In this document: positions 46,548 to 56,638 of the stretch, in pieces
Layout: each line of letters begins with the position of its first letter
Position numbering within the stretch: the first letter of the stretch is position 1
Assembly: GCA_031546905.1 (NCBI GenBank)
Contig: JAVBJQ010000001.1
Span: 129,104-193,103, forward strand
Origin: Eubacteriales bacterium
GTDB taxonomy: Bacteria; Bacillota; Clostridia; Lachnospirales; JAVBJQ01
DNA: 64,000 nucleotides
Direction: 5' to 3'
Notes under the pieces: model-generated
Database searches by the model: none
Told to the model about the DNA's origin: nothing
Seen by the model: the letters and a program-made list of their open reading frames with translations, nothing else
Position numbers and translations under genes: made by a program

Positions 46548-46764
46548 AATAATAAAAATATTATAGTATTATTCTGCATATTATACAACGATTTTATAAG
46601 GCTTATACAAATTTTTATTTTAAATTTGATAAAACCATGGGAGTTATTGATTTGTAAATTAATAAAGTATATAATAGACTCCATAATAGCAATGAATACT
46701 AATTCGTTTCTAACATTAATTTTTATAAAATTGAATAAATACATAAGGAGAAGCTGTTCGCTAA

Positions 46765-48345
46765 ATGGAGAAAAGAAATAGTGGAAAGCCGAGAAGAACC
46801 AGACGAAGCAAAGGCCCTAAACCTGTTTCAACGAAAAGGAGAAAGGCCAGTACACCAAAAAAAGTACAAGCATCAAAAAGACCATCCAGAAGTAGACGGA
46901 CACAATATGGAAGTAGATTTTTAGCATTTTTTTTATTTGGTGCCATGATTATTTATATATGCGGTTCTTTAGTAACTTTTTTTACAAAAACAAAAACCCC
47001 GGTGGAAATTGCTCAGTTTGGAACTATTGAGCTACCCAAAGTTTATCAAGGGCTAATTGTGCGAGATGAGACTGTTTATAAAAGTAATAAAGCGGGAGAA
47101 ATTACGTATGATGTACTTGAAAACGACAGAGTAAAAAAAGGTGAGCTTATTTGTGCCATTAAAGATACTGGCGCAACAACTGAAATTGAAAAGCAACTGA
47201 CAGATATTGATTCAAATATTTTAAGTATCCAAAACAATCGAAGTGATTTCTCTCTTTTTAAAGATGAAATAAAAAGTAGGAATGTCCAAATTAAAGAAAT
47301 TATTAATAATAGCATACCAAACTATATAGAATTAGACATAGCAAATGTATATAGTTTAAAAGCAAAAGTGCAAAAAAATATTGAAATAAGGAACCAAATG
47401 TTGCTAACAGAAAACAAAGGTAGCCTTAAAAATCTAGTGCAAGAAAAATTTACCTATGAGCAAGATTTGGCAAAAAACATTTCTGCCATGAGAACCAATG
47501 AAAGTGGCATTGTTTCCTTTCAAATTGATGGGTTAGAGGACACCTTAAAAACTGACAAACTGGATAATATTGTAGATGAACAACTGAAAATGAAAGTAGA
47601 CACAGAGGGGTTCATACAAAAAAAGATTTGTAAGGAAGCAGAACCTGTTTTTAAAATCGTGAACTCCAATAATTGGTATATTATTTCTATTTTGCCCATT
47701 GAAAAATCAGCTAACTTAAAAGAAGGGGAAAATGCTGTCCTTTACATAAAGAACCAAGACCAATTAAAGCCCCTTGAGGTGAATGTAGAAAAAGTAAAAA
47801 CCACAGATAAAGATTGTACCATTTATTTTAAAGTAACAAGAGATATGACGGATTATTTAAATGTAAGAAATATTAGTTTTGAGATTGATATCAATACATT
47901 TAATGGAATTAAAATTCCCAACACATCAATTGTAGAGCGAACTCTTTTAAAAATTCCCAGTCAGTATGTGATTGACAATGGTGACGCCGTGGGTGTTTAT
48001 AAAAAATTGGCGGAAGGTAGTGAGTTTATCCCTACTTCCATTTTAATAAAAGATGATGATGAGAAAAATGTGTATGTTCTGCAAGACTTACAAATTTTAA
48101 AACTTGGGGATGAACTTATTTTGTCGAAAGATGACAAAAATACGCCGTACCAAATCAAAGATATTAAAACGTCAAAAGGTGTTTATGTTGTAAATAGTGG
48201 AATTGCTAAATTTAAGTCTATTACAAGTATTGCTGAAAACAAAGACTATTCCATTATTAAAGTGGAGGATATGTACGGTGTGAAGTTGTACGACCGAATT
48301 GTTTCTGACTCAAAAAATGTGGAAGAAAATCAAATTGTGAATTAG
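46765..48345 (+). CDS. membrane-anchored HlyD-like (barrel-sandwich/coiled-coil) protein with highly basic N-terminus
   Basis: An Arg/Lys-rich first 50 aa, one TM helix, a lipoyl-like segment (GLIVRDETVY...VKKGELICAIKD), and long coiled-coil-like stretches. Sits upstream of the ylmE-sepF cluster. Confidence 0.45.
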   Translation: MEKRNSGKPRRTRRSKGPKPVSTKRRKASTPKKVQASKRPSRSRRTQYGSRFLAFFLFGAMIIYICGSLVTFFTKTKTPVEIAQFGTIELPKVYQGLIVRDETVYKSNKAGEITYDVLENDRVKKGELICAIKDTGATTEIEKQLTDIDSNILSIQNNRSDFSLFKDEIKSRNVQIKEIINNSIPNYIELDIANVYSLKAKVQKNIEIRNQMLLTENKGSLKNLVQEKFTYEQDLAKNISAMRTNESGIVSFQIDGLEDTLKTDKLDNIVDEQLKMKVDTEGFIQKKICKEAEPVFKIVNSNNWYIISILPIEKSANLKEGENAVLYIKNQDQLKPLEVNVEKVKTTDKDCTIYFKVTRDMTDYLNVRNISFEIDINTFNGIKIPNTSIVERTLLKIPSQYVIDNGDAVGVYKKLAEGSEFIPTSILIKDDDEKNVYVLQDLQILKLGDELILSKDDKNTPYQIKDIKTSKGVYVVNSGIAKFKSITSIAENKDYSIIKVEDMYGVKLYDRIVSDSKNVEENQIVN

Positions 48346-48382
48346 AGACTGTAAGTATAGCTGTTAAGGGTAAGGTGATCGT

Positions 48383-49072
48383 GTGATTCGTGAAAATCTT
48401 GAAAACATTCAGAAAAAAATAGAAGCTGCCGCAAAAAAATCCGGCAGAAGTGCTTCTGATATTATGTTGCTTGGGGTTACAAAAACCATTGATATAGAAA
48501 GAATAAAGGAACTGTTGTCTCTGGGAATCAAGGATATTGGTGAAAACAAAGTTCAAGAGCTTACGTCAAAATATGAAGTAATCGGAGAGGGTGCAAACTG
48601 GCACTTAATTGGACACTTGCAAACAAACAAAGTAAAATATATGATTGACAAAGTGAAGATGATTCATTCCGTAGACAGTATGAAACTGGCAGTGGAAATC
48701 GACAAAAAATCAAGTGAAAAAAATAAAATTACCAATATTTTAGTGGAAGTGAACGTAGGGGGAGAGGAATCTAAGTTTGGGATAAAACCCGAGGATACCG
48801 TTGCCTTTGTTCAGGATTTAAGTCGATTAAAAAATGTAAAAGTAAAAGGGTTAATGACGGTGGCACCTTTTGTCGAAGATTCAGAGAAAAACAGGGAATC
48901 TTTTAGGCATATGCAAAAATTATTTATTGACATTAAGGCTAAAAGTATTGATAATATAAGTATGGAATTTTTATCTATGGGAATGAGCAACGATTTTGAA
49001 GTTGCCATTGAAGAAGGTTCCAATATTGTTCGTGTTGGAACAGCTATTTTTGGAGAGAGAGATTACTTATAA
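48383..49072 (+). CDS. YggS/YlmE-family pyridoxal-phosphate homeostasis protein
   Basis: LLGVTKT (PLP lysine), GENKVQE, WHLIGHLQTNKVK, SMGMSNDF and VRVGTAIFG motifs. Confidence 0.9.
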   Translation: MIRENLENIQKKIEAAAKKSGRSASDIMLLGVTKTIDIERIKELLSLGIKDIGENKVQELTSKYEVIGEGANWHLIGHLQTNKVKYMIDKVKMIHSVDSMKLAVEIDKKSSEKNKITNILVEVNVGGEESKFGIKPEDTVAFVQDLSRLKNVKVKGLMTVAPFVEDSEKNRESFRHMQKLFIDIKAKSIDNISMEFLSMGMSNDFEVAIEEGSNIVRVGTAIFGERDYL

Positions 49073-49093
49073 AAGTAAAAACCAGGGAGGATT

Positions 49094-49570
49094 ATGATGA
49101 GCAATATTTTTGAAAAAGTGAAAACAGCAATGTTTGGTGAGGCCTATTACGATGAAGATGAATACGATGATGGCTATGAAGATGAAGTCATTGAACATAT
49201 CGAACCAACCATTACAAAAAATAGTACAAAAAAACAAAACGTTGGTAAAGTAGTAAACTTACATAATAATAATGCTCAAACACAAGTTTTTGTAATGGCG
49301 CCAGTTGATTATGAAGATGCACAAGGTGTTTGTGACCATATTAAAGCAAAAAGAGCTGTTGTTGTGAACTTGGAAAATGTAGAGTATCCTACTGCTCAAA
49401 GAATTATGGATTTTTTAAGCGGTGCTTGCTATTCTCTTGAAGGTACCATTCAAAGGGTTTCTAATAATATTTTTATTATTGCGCCAGAAAATGTTGATGT
49501 TTCAGGTTACGTGAAAGAGGAATTGAAGACAAAAGGAATTGTTCTTCCTTGGGTAACCGCATACAAATAA
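49094..49570 (+). CDS. sepF: cell division protein SepF
   Basis: Acidic N-terminal linker and a conserved C-terminal domain (VFVMAPVDYEDAQGVCDHIKAKRAVVVNLENV...AQRIMDFLSGACYSLEGTIQRVSNNIFIIAP). Confidence 0.88.
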   Translation: MMSNIFEKVKTAMFGEAYYDEDEYDDGYEDEVIEHIEPTITKNSTKKQNVGKVVNLHNNNAQTQVFVMAPVDYEDAQGVCDHIKAKRAVVVNLENVEYPTAQRIMDFLSGACYSLEGTIQRVSNNIFIIAPENVDVSGYVKEELKTKGIVLPWVTAYK

Positions 49571-49584
49571 TTGGAGGCTTTTGA

Positions 49585-49881
49585 ATGACGGCGGATTTTT
49601 TACAAGTTATTTTATTTAATGCAGTTACCATTTTTTTTAAATTAATGGAAATGCTCATTTTTGTAAGGGTTATTTTGTCTTGGTTTCCCATTAACAAAAA
49701 CGGAAGTATCATGAAAATAATGTATACCTTGACAGAACCTATTTTACAACCTATTAGAAACATGATTAATAAGTCACCACTTGGTGGCCCTGGTATGATG
49801 TTGGATTTTTCTCCTATTATTGCCTTGTTTTTTTTACAGATTGTAAAAACCGCCTTGGTTTATATTATCGCGTATTTATAA
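49585..49881 (+). CDS. YggT/YlmG-family membrane protein
   Basis: 98 aa with two or three TM helices and the motif FVRVILSWFP...LTEPILQPIR. Confidence 0.85.
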   Translation: MTADFLQVILFNAVTIFFKLMEMLIFVRVILSWFPINKNGSIMKIMYTLTEPILQPIRNMINKSPLGGPGMMLDFSPIIALFFLQIVKTALVYIIAYL

Positions 49882-49972
49882 TTGCATAAACTTGATGTGA
49901 TGGAGGTTGTCTTAATGGCGGTTTAAAAACTGCTTTTTGGACAACCTTTTTTATTTGTATTAAAAGAAAGGA

Positions 49973-50776
49973 ATGTTTTATTTGTTTGACAGACAGCAAC
50001 TCATTAAAAATTTTAAAGAGGCAAAAGACAAAATTGCATTTGCTAAAATATTTGATAAATTTGATTTTTGTGTGAAAACCCACGAAATTACGTTTACAGA
50101 TTTTATGGACCCCAATAAAATTGATATTTTTAGAGAGAACTTTGCATTTATTCAAAACGGTGATGTGGAGATGAGTGTATATGGAGGATTTTCGGAAAGT
50201 GAAAGAAGCATGATTGCTTTTTATCCTTCTTATGCAGGGGTGGAGTTTTCTGATTTCCCCATCGAAGCAATTAAAATTTCTTATAATTCCAATTTTAGTC
50301 ATCAGCTTGACCATCGAGAAGTGCTGGGGGCAATTATTTCTCTTGGACTTGACAGAGGGAAGTTAGGTGACATTCTTTTGAACCACGACAATGCCATTGC
50401 ATTTTGCCACAGAGACATTGGGGGCTATATTACCACTAATCTTGACAAAATTTCAAGGACAAAAGTCTCCACTGAAATGGCAGACCGAGAATCCATTTAT
50501 TTTTTGGAAAAGCCAAAAGTGGAAGTACGAGGGACTGTTTCGTCTTTGCGATTGGACGCTGTTTTGAGTCACGCTTTCAATCTTTCCAGAGGAAAAACCC
50601 AGCAACTTATTTCCGCAGAAAAAGCATTTATTAACTGGCTGACCGTAAGTGATACTGCAAAAATTCTTAAAGAAGGGGATATTATTACGTTACGAGGTTA
50701 TGGCAGAATTGAACTTACTGAAATTTTGGGAAAGACAAAAAAAGATAGGATTGGTATTTTATTTTATAAGTTTTAA
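49973..50776 (+). CDS. YlmH-like RNA-binding (S4-domain) protein
   Basis: C-terminal S4-like segment (LRLDAVLSHAFNLSRGKTQQLISAEKAFINW), in the position after ylmG. Confidence 0.75.
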   Translation: MFYLFDRQQLIKNFKEAKDKIAFAKIFDKFDFCVKTHEITFTDFMDPNKIDIFRENFAFIQNGDVEMSVYGGFSESERSMIAFYPSYAGVEFSDFPIEAIKISYNSNFSHQLDHREVLGAIISLGLDRGKLGDILLNHDNAIAFCHRDIGGYITTNLDKISRTKVSTEMADRESIYFLEKPKVEVRGTVSSLRLDAVLSHAFNLSRGKTQQLISAEKAFINWLTVSDTAKILKEGDIITLRGYGRIELTEILGKTKKDRIGILFYKF

Positions 50777-50905
50777 CTTTTTCTAATTAAATTTTAATCT
50801 TTGACTAATTTTATTTTAACAAATATCGTGTATCATTTTACTAATTGTTACCAATATTGTGAACGGCGTGTAAGTTCGTAATATAGTTTATGAGGAGATG
50901 TGTAT

Positions 50906-52483
50906 ATGTTAAAATCTAAAATAATTAAATTTGGCGTGGTTGTAGTCATATTAGCGGCAGTCGGTAGCGGTGGATATTATTATTGGCAAAAAACAGTGGC
51001 AGCCAAAGAAGCTTCCAAAACCAAGCCAGCGTTTTCTACAAGCGCAGGAATCATGGAGTCAGTGAAAAAAACAGATATCAAAGAAGTTGTTTCCACAACA
51101 GGAACGGTCAACATTGCAAATCAATATAACGTATACCCAGAAGTAAACCGAAAAGTATTAAAAGTAAATGTGAAAGTTGGGGATAAAGTAAAAGTTGGAG
51201 ATGTACTTGTAGCCTATGACGTAAAAGAGGCGAAAGACGACCTTGTGAAAAAAATAAACGAAGCTCAAATTAATTTGGAAAATGCAAAACTTTCCCTTCA
51301 AAATTTGACACTTCCCGTAAGTGAAACAGAAATTTTGCAACTTCAAAGTAGCATTACCCAAGCAGAAAAAAGTATTTATGATTCCCAAAATACATTAAAG
51401 TCTACTGAAACAAAAATAGAGCAAGCGCAGACGGCTAGTGATAATGCCAAAAAAACCATGGAGGATAACAAAGTTTTGTTTGAAGCTGGTGGAATTACAA
51501 AAGATGAGTATGATAAATCAGCAGATGATTATAAAAAAACACTAGATACAATTAACGACTACAATCAAACAAGAGAATCAAACTTAGTTGCCATTGATAA
51601 CAACAAAAAATCATTAGACGATGCAAAAAAGAAATACGAACTTACCATGAACCAAAATGCAGAGGAATCAACTCAAATCAAAGTACAACAACAACAAAAT
51701 CAAATTAAACTTGCAGAACTAAACATTCAAGATTTAAAACAACAACTTGCAGAAATAAAAGATACAACCGTAAGTGCATATGACGGAACCATCACTACGG
51801 TGGACGTAAAAGAAGGTGGAAATGTAACAACAGCAAATTCTATGGTTACGATATCCGACTTGGAACACTTAGTTATCCAATCAGACGTATCAGAATATGA
51901 TGCACCAAAAGTAGTGCTTGGTCAAAAAGTTACTATGACATCCGATGGTCTACCTGGCGAAACTTACGAAGGGGTAGTTAGTAAAATAAATGAAATAGCA
52001 GAAACAAAAACGGTTTCCGGAAGTTCTGAAACAACCGTTGGAGTTGAAATTTCAGTAGATAACAAAGACCAAAAATTAAAACCAGGCTACTCCCTAGACT
52101 TAGAAATCGTAGCAGTGGATAAACCACAAGTGTTGGCAGTATCCATTTCAGCCATTCAAACAGATAAAAAAGAAAATAAAAAATATGTTTTTAAAATTGA
52201 TGAACAAAGAAACTTAAAGAAAACATTTGTTACAGCAGGTACATATGGCGATATGAAAGTGGAAATAACAGAAGGGTTAAATGACGGCGACAGAGTCGTT
52301 ACAAGTCCAACCAGTGATATGCAGGATGGAAAACCCCTTAGCATAAACAGAGGGAATGGAACAGGAACAGGAAAGGGAGGAACGCAAAATGGCAATGGTC
52401 AAAATATCAGAATTAACCAAGGTGTACAAACAGGGGGATTTGGAGGTGGCGGCGCTACAAGGAGTTTCGTTCCAAATAGATAA
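50906..52483 (+). CDS. efflux RND-type periplasmic adaptor (MacA/HlyD-like) with Gly/Asn-rich tail
   Basis: TM anchor, lipoyl-like VKVGDKVKVGDVL, long coiled coil, beta-barrel region, and the tail NRGNGTGTGKGGTQNGNGQ...GGFGGGGATRSFVPNR. The last 95 nt overlap the next gene out of frame. Confidence 0.8.
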   Translation: MLKSKIIKFGVVVVILAAVGSGGYYYWQKTVAAKEASKTKPAFSTSAGIMESVKKTDIKEVVSTTGTVNIANQYNVYPEVNRKVLKVNVKVGDKVKVGDVLVAYDVKEAKDDLVKKINEAQINLENAKLSLQNLTLPVSETEILQLQSSITQAEKSIYDSQNTLKSTETKIEQAQTASDNAKKTMEDNKVLFEAGGITKDEYDKSADDYKKTLDTINDYNQTRESNLVAIDNNKKSLDDAKKKYELTMNQNAEESTQIKVQQQQNQIKLAELNIQDLKQQLAEIKDTTVSAYDGTITTVDVKEGGNVTTANSMVTISDLEHLVIQSDVSEYDAPKVVLGQKVTMTSDGLPGETYEGVVSKINEIAETKTVSGSSETTVGVEISVDNKDQKLKPGYSLDLEIVAVDKPQVLAVSISAIQTDKKENKKYVFKIDEQRNLKKTFVTAGTYGDMKVEITEGLNDGDRVVTSPTSDMQDGKPLSINRGNGTGTGKGGTQNGNGQNIRINQGVQTGGFGGGGATRSFVPNR

Positions 52484-53102
52484 GGGTGAGTTTGTTTCTA
52501 TTATGGGAGCATCAGGCTCTGGAAAATCTACCATGATGAATATACTGGGATGTCTTGATAAGCCCACTGGCGGAGCATATTTTCTTGAAGAGGAAGATGT
52601 TGCAAAGCTAAAGGACAATCAATTGGCGATTATTAGAAATAAAAAAATTGGATTTGTGTTTCAATCCTTTAATCTTTTGCCAAGACTTTCGGCACTGGAA
52701 AACGTTGAACTTCCTATGGTTTATGCAGGGGTTTCTGCTAAAAAACGTCGTGAGCTAGCCATGGATGCGTTAACAAAAGTAAGTTTAGAAGAAAGAGTAA
52801 AACATAAACCAAATGAACTTTCTGGTGGTCAAAGGCAACGGGTTGCGATTGCCAGGGCGTTGGTAAACACACCAAGCATACTTCTAGCAGATGAACCAAC
52901 AGGAAATTTAGACAGCCGCTCTGGGGAAGAAATAATGGGAATTTTTCAACAATTAAACAACGAAGGTGCAACCATTATTATGGTTACCCATGAGCCAGAC
53001 ATAGCCCAACACACCAAAAGAATTGTTACATTTAGAGATGGAAAAATAATCTCCAATGAAAACGTTCAAAATCAAATCATTGCTGGGGGCGGTGCAAATT
53101 GA
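52389..53102 (+). CDS. MacB-type ABC transporter ATP-binding protein
   Basis: Walker A GASGSGKST, signature LSGGQRQR, Walker B LLADEPTGNLD. ATG 52389 lies 8 nt after GGGAGG. Confidence 0.9.
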   Translation: MAMVKISELTKVYKQGDLEVAALQGVSFQIDKGEFVSIMGASGSGKSTMMNILGCLDKPTGGAYFLEEEDVAKLKDNQLAIIRNKKIGFVFQSFNLLPRLSALENVELPMVYAGVSAKKRRELAMDALTKVSLEERVKHKPNELSGGQRQRVAIARALVNTPSILLADEPTGNLDSRSGEEIMGIFQQLNNEGATIIMVTHEPDIAQHTKRIVTFRDGKIISNENVQNQIIAGGGAN

Positions 53103-54310
53103 GTTTTTTTGAGAGTTTAACATCAGCCTTTAAAAGTGTTTTTGCAAATAAAATGAGAGCATTTTTGACAATGCTAGGTATTATTATCGGAATCGGCTCC
53201 GTAATTATTATTACTTCTATTGGGAAGGGCAATCAAGAACAAATTACAAGTTCCTTTGATAAATTAGGGGTTGGTCGTCTTACTGTTCGAGTGAGGAACA
53301 ACAAAAATGCCACCAGAAATGATAATCTAAACATGGCAGACTATGACCTTCTTAAAAAACTTGACCAAGTAAAATATATTTCCCCTGTTTATAGTGGAAA
53401 CAACATGAATGTAAAATTAGAAGACCCTACCAAAACCAAATCTGCCAATGTTTCAGGGGTTTCGGCAGACTATAAAGACATTACGAATCCTGAGATTTCA
53501 TATGGGCGCTACATTTCTGAAAATGATGTGGACACAGGAAATAAAGTGGTTGTCATTAATGACACAACCGCACAAAAGATATTTGGTGTAGATAATGCCG
53601 TTGGGCAAAAAATATCCCTTAAATATCGAAATGGCACACAGAAGTTGACCGTAATCGGCATTTTAAAAAACGCCAATGCTTCTATTGAAAATATGTATGG
53701 CGACCAATATCCGGAAAACCTGGTAATGCCTATTTCAACACTGCAAAAAATGTTTAACACAAAAACCATTTCTCAAATTGAAATTGTGGTCAAAGACACA
53801 GATGTCATTGATGATACATCGGCTCTAATTACAACAAAACTTGAAGAAAAGCACCAAAATGAAGATAAATATTACGTTCAAAATATTATGCAACAAATGG
53901 AACAAATTAACCAAGTAATGTCCTTAATCACCATGTTTATTAGTGCAGTTGCAGGGATATCCCTTGTAGTTGGTGGCATTGGAGTTATGAATATTATGCT
54001 GGTGACCGTGACAGAGCGTACCAGAGAAATCGGCATACGAAAGTCAATTGGAGCAAGGAACAGTGACATTCGGAGTCAATTTATTATTGAAGCCATTATT
54101 TTAACAGGTTCTGGTGGTATTTTAGGAATTTTGTTAGGATGGGGAGGCGGAATTTTCGTTGGGAAGCTGATGAACATTAGCCCTATTATGACACCTCAAT
54201 ATGTTTTAATTGCAGTTGCTATTTCAAGCTTAATTGGAATTGTTTTCGGGGTTTACCCTGCCAACAAAGCAGCAAAACTTGACCCCATTGAGGCCTTGCG
54301 TTATGAATAG
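53099..54310 (+). CDS. MacB/FtsX-type ABC transporter permease
   Basis: MacB_PCD-like extracytoplasmic domain between TM1 and TM2, and a C-terminal FtsX domain (ERTREIGIRKSIGA..., GVYPANKAAKLDPIEALRYE). Confidence 0.88.
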   Translation: MSFFESLTSAFKSVFANKMRAFLTMLGIIIGIGSVIIITSIGKGNQEQITSSFDKLGVGRLTVRVRNNKNATRNDNLNMADYDLLKKLDQVKYISPVYSGNNMNVKLEDPTKTKSANVSGVSADYKDITNPEISYGRYISENDVDTGNKVVVINDTTAQKIFGVDNAVGQKISLKYRNGTQKLTVIGILKNANASIENMYGDQYPENLVMPISTLQKMFNTKTISQIEIVVKDTDVIDDTSALITTKLEEKHQNEDKYYVQNIMQQMEQINQVMSLITMFISAVAGISLVVGGIGVMNIMLVTVTERTREIGIRKSIGARNSDIRSQFIIEAIILTGSGGILGILLGWGGGIFVGKLMNISPIMTPQYVLIAVAISSLIGIVFGVYPANKAAKLDPIEALRYE

Positions 54311-54321
54311 TTAAAAGAGAA

Positions 54322-54438
54322 AAAGAGAAGGACCTTGAGGGCGTTACCCTCAGACTCTTACAAGGGGACACATCCCCTGGCCCCACTCCTTTCCTAAGGT
54401 TCTGTATGAAATAGTAGATTTTGACACAGAACCTTAGG
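54322..54438 (+). repeat. GC-rich hairpin repeat, copy R3 (extended)
   Basis: Starts with the same AAAGAGAAGGAC 12-mer as R1. It continues with hairpin TGAGGG-cgtta-CCCTCA, TTACAA, a second hairpin AGGGGA..TCCCCT, and a 13-bp stem CCTAAGGTTCTGT / ACAGAACCTTAGG (54393-54405 / 54426-54438). Confidence 0.55.
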
Positions 54439-54498
54439 AAAAGAGTAAGATTTTTAAACGGGGTTTGGGGTTTGAGCAGTTTAGAAAGAAGGATTAAG

Positions 54499-55191
54499 AT
54501 GGATTCAAAAAAAATTTTAGTAGTAGAAGACGAAGTGAAAATAGCTCGATTTGTGGAATTAGAACTAAATTATGAAGGATACGAGGTTTCGGTAACGCAT
54601 GATGGGCGTGAAGGTATGAAAATGTTTGGAGAAAAGAAGTATGACCTTATATTGCTTGATTTGATGCTTCCTGGTTTTAATGGTCTTGAAATCTGTCGAA
54701 GAATCAGAAAAGAATCCGATGTTCCAATTATTATGCTGACTGCAAAAGGCGAGGTTATGGATAAAGTAACAGGACTGGATAGTGGTGCAGATGATTATAT
54801 TACAAAACCATTTGCAATTGAAGAACTGCTGGCACGAATGCGTGTAGCATTAAAAAGAAGAAAAGTGAACTTAGACAAAGAAGAAAAAAATATGTTGGGT
54901 TTTAAAGATATCCTCATTGATGTAGATAAAAGAACCGTAAAAGTGGCAACAGATACGATAGAACTAACAAAAAAAGAATATGAACTCATTGTGTATCTCA
55001 TACAAAATAAAAATGTAGTACTGACACGAGAGCAAATTTTAAATCAGGTGTGGGGCTATGACTATTTTGGAGAAACCAATGTAGTGGACGTGTACATCCG
55101 ATATTTAAGGGCAAAACTGGACGAACATTATCAAGTAAAATATATTCATACCATTAGAGGGGTAGGATATTATGTTAAAGATGATGAATAA
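54499..55191 (+). CDS. OmpR-family response regulator
   Basis: Receiver domain (ILVVEDE...DLILLDLMLPG) plus a winged-helix output domain (LTKKEYELIVYL...IHTIRGVGY). Start at ATG 54499 with an RBS. The track's longer ORF runs through repeat R3. Confidence 0.9.
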   Translation: MDSKKILVVEDEVKIARFVELELNYEGYEVSVTHDGREGMKMFGEKKYDLILLDLMLPGFNGLEICRRIRKESDVPIIMLTAKGEVMDKVTGLDSGADDYITKPFAIEELLARMRVALKRRKVNLDKEEKNMLGFKDILIDVDKRTVKVATDTIELTKKEYELIVYLIQNKNVVLTREQILNQVWGYDYFGETNVVDVYIRYLRAKLDEHYQVKYIHTIRGVGYYVKDDE

Positions 55192-56578
55192 GCGAATCAC
55201 ACCATTTAACAAATTGCCTATTTCAACGAAAATAACACTTCTTTATACAGGGGTTTTTATCATAGCGGTGACTTTTATTAGTATCTTTATTATGGGAAAC
55301 TTGGTTTTGTATAATCGAGCGGCGTCCAAAAGTGAGATGGAGCAAACCGCTAAAAAAATAGCAGAGTATATTTCCCTTGGTGGTGAGATTAATGAAGAGA
55401 AAATTAAGGAGTTGAACCCAAATAAATTTGTTCAAGTCCGAATCATTGATGAAGATAAAAACAAAGTTTTTGAAATAGCAACCATTGCTCCCATGCCACC
55501 TAAAAATTATGCGCGGGCAAATAGTTCAAGTGCCGATAATTTTAAGGTGAACAGTTTTAGAAAAGATAAGTTTATGTTTTATGATATGAATGTAAGTTAC
55601 CAAGACAAACAATATACCATTAACTTGTTTCGAATTTATAATTTAGAAACAGAGTTTCGTCAAAGATTGATGAGCTTATTTATTTTTTCCAATATTGTGG
55701 GCATTATCATTTCTCTTTTTGTAGCAAGATACATCAGCAAGACCATGATCAGGCCAATACAAACCATTCGGAAAACAGCAGAGCGAATCAGCATTGAAGA
55801 TTTAAGCCAAAGAATAGCTTATGAAGGCCCCGATGACGAACTGAAAGAATTAGTAGTTACATTTAATGAAATGATTGGACGTCTTGAAGTTTCTTTTAAT
55901 AAACAAAATCAATTTATTTCGGATGCTTCTCATGAATTAAGAACGCCAATTTCTGTTATTCAAGGTTATGCAAATTTAATTAGTCGTTGGGGGAAAAGTG
56001 ACCCCGATATTTTAGAAGAAAGCATTGATAATATTAAATCAGAAACAGAGCATATGACAAAGCTTATTAAAAAGCTGTTGTTTTTGGCAAAGGATGAGCA
56101 AAACAAAAAGCACATTCAAAAAAAGCCACTTTTGTTAAATCAAGTAGCAACAGAGGTTTTGCGTGAAATAGAAATTTTAGAAAGTGAAATAAAAGTAAAC
56201 TTGGTGGATGATGCGCCAGTACTGATCTTTGGTGATTTTGATTTAATCAAACAACTGATGTGGATTTTTATTGAAAATGGGATGAAGTACACAAAGGATA
56301 AAAATACGGAGATTACAGTGAAACTTCATAGCGACGGAAAAAATAGCTACCTTACGATTTCTGATCAAGGAATTGGTATTCCAGAAGAAGAAATTCCATA
56401 TATTTTTAATCGCTTTTATCGGGTAGATAAATCCAGAAATCAAGAAATTTCGGGAACAGGGCTTGGATTATCCATTGCCCAATGGATTGTAAAACAGCAT
56501 AACGGAAAAATTATGGTAAACAGCAAAGAAAATGAAGGTACAGAAATGATGGTGGTTTTTGATTGTTATGGGGAGTAA
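55172..56578 (+). CDS. sensor histidine kinase (two TM helices, HAMP, HisKA, HATPase_c)
   Basis: H-box SDASHELRTPIS, N-box FIENGMKYT, G-boxes DQGIGI and GTGLGLSI. Overlaps the response regulator stop. Confidence 0.9.
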   Translation: MLKMMNKRITPFNKLPISTKITLLYTGVFIIAVTFISIFIMGNLVLYNRAASKSEMEQTAKKIAEYISLGGEINEEKIKELNPNKFVQVRIIDEDKNKVFEIATIAPMPPKNYARANSSSADNFKVNSFRKDKFMFYDMNVSYQDKQYTINLFRIYNLETEFRQRLMSLFIFSNIVGIIISLFVARYISKTMIRPIQTIRKTAERISIEDLSQRIAYEGPDDELKELVVTFNEMIGRLEVSFNKQNQFISDASHELRTPISVIQGYANLISRWGKSDPDILEESIDNIKSETEHMTKLIKKLLFLAKDEQNKKHIQKKPLLLNQVATEVLREIEILESEIKVNLVDDAPVLIFGDFDLIKQLMWIFIENGMKYTKDKNTEITVKLHSDGKNSYLTISDQGIGIPEEEIPYIFNRFYRVDKSRNQEISGTGLGLSIAQWIVKQHNGKIMVNSKENEGTEMMVVFDCYGE

Positions 56579-56638
56579 AGCAATTCCAGCAGTATCTGTA
56601 GTAATGTAGAAAGAAATTTAATAAAAGAAGGTGCCAAC

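Noticed and set aside
54421-54498. N-terminal extension of the response-regulator ORF
   Set aside because: It reads through the 3' arm of the R3 repeat hairpin. ATG 54499 has an RBS and gives the canonical MDSKKILVVEDE start.
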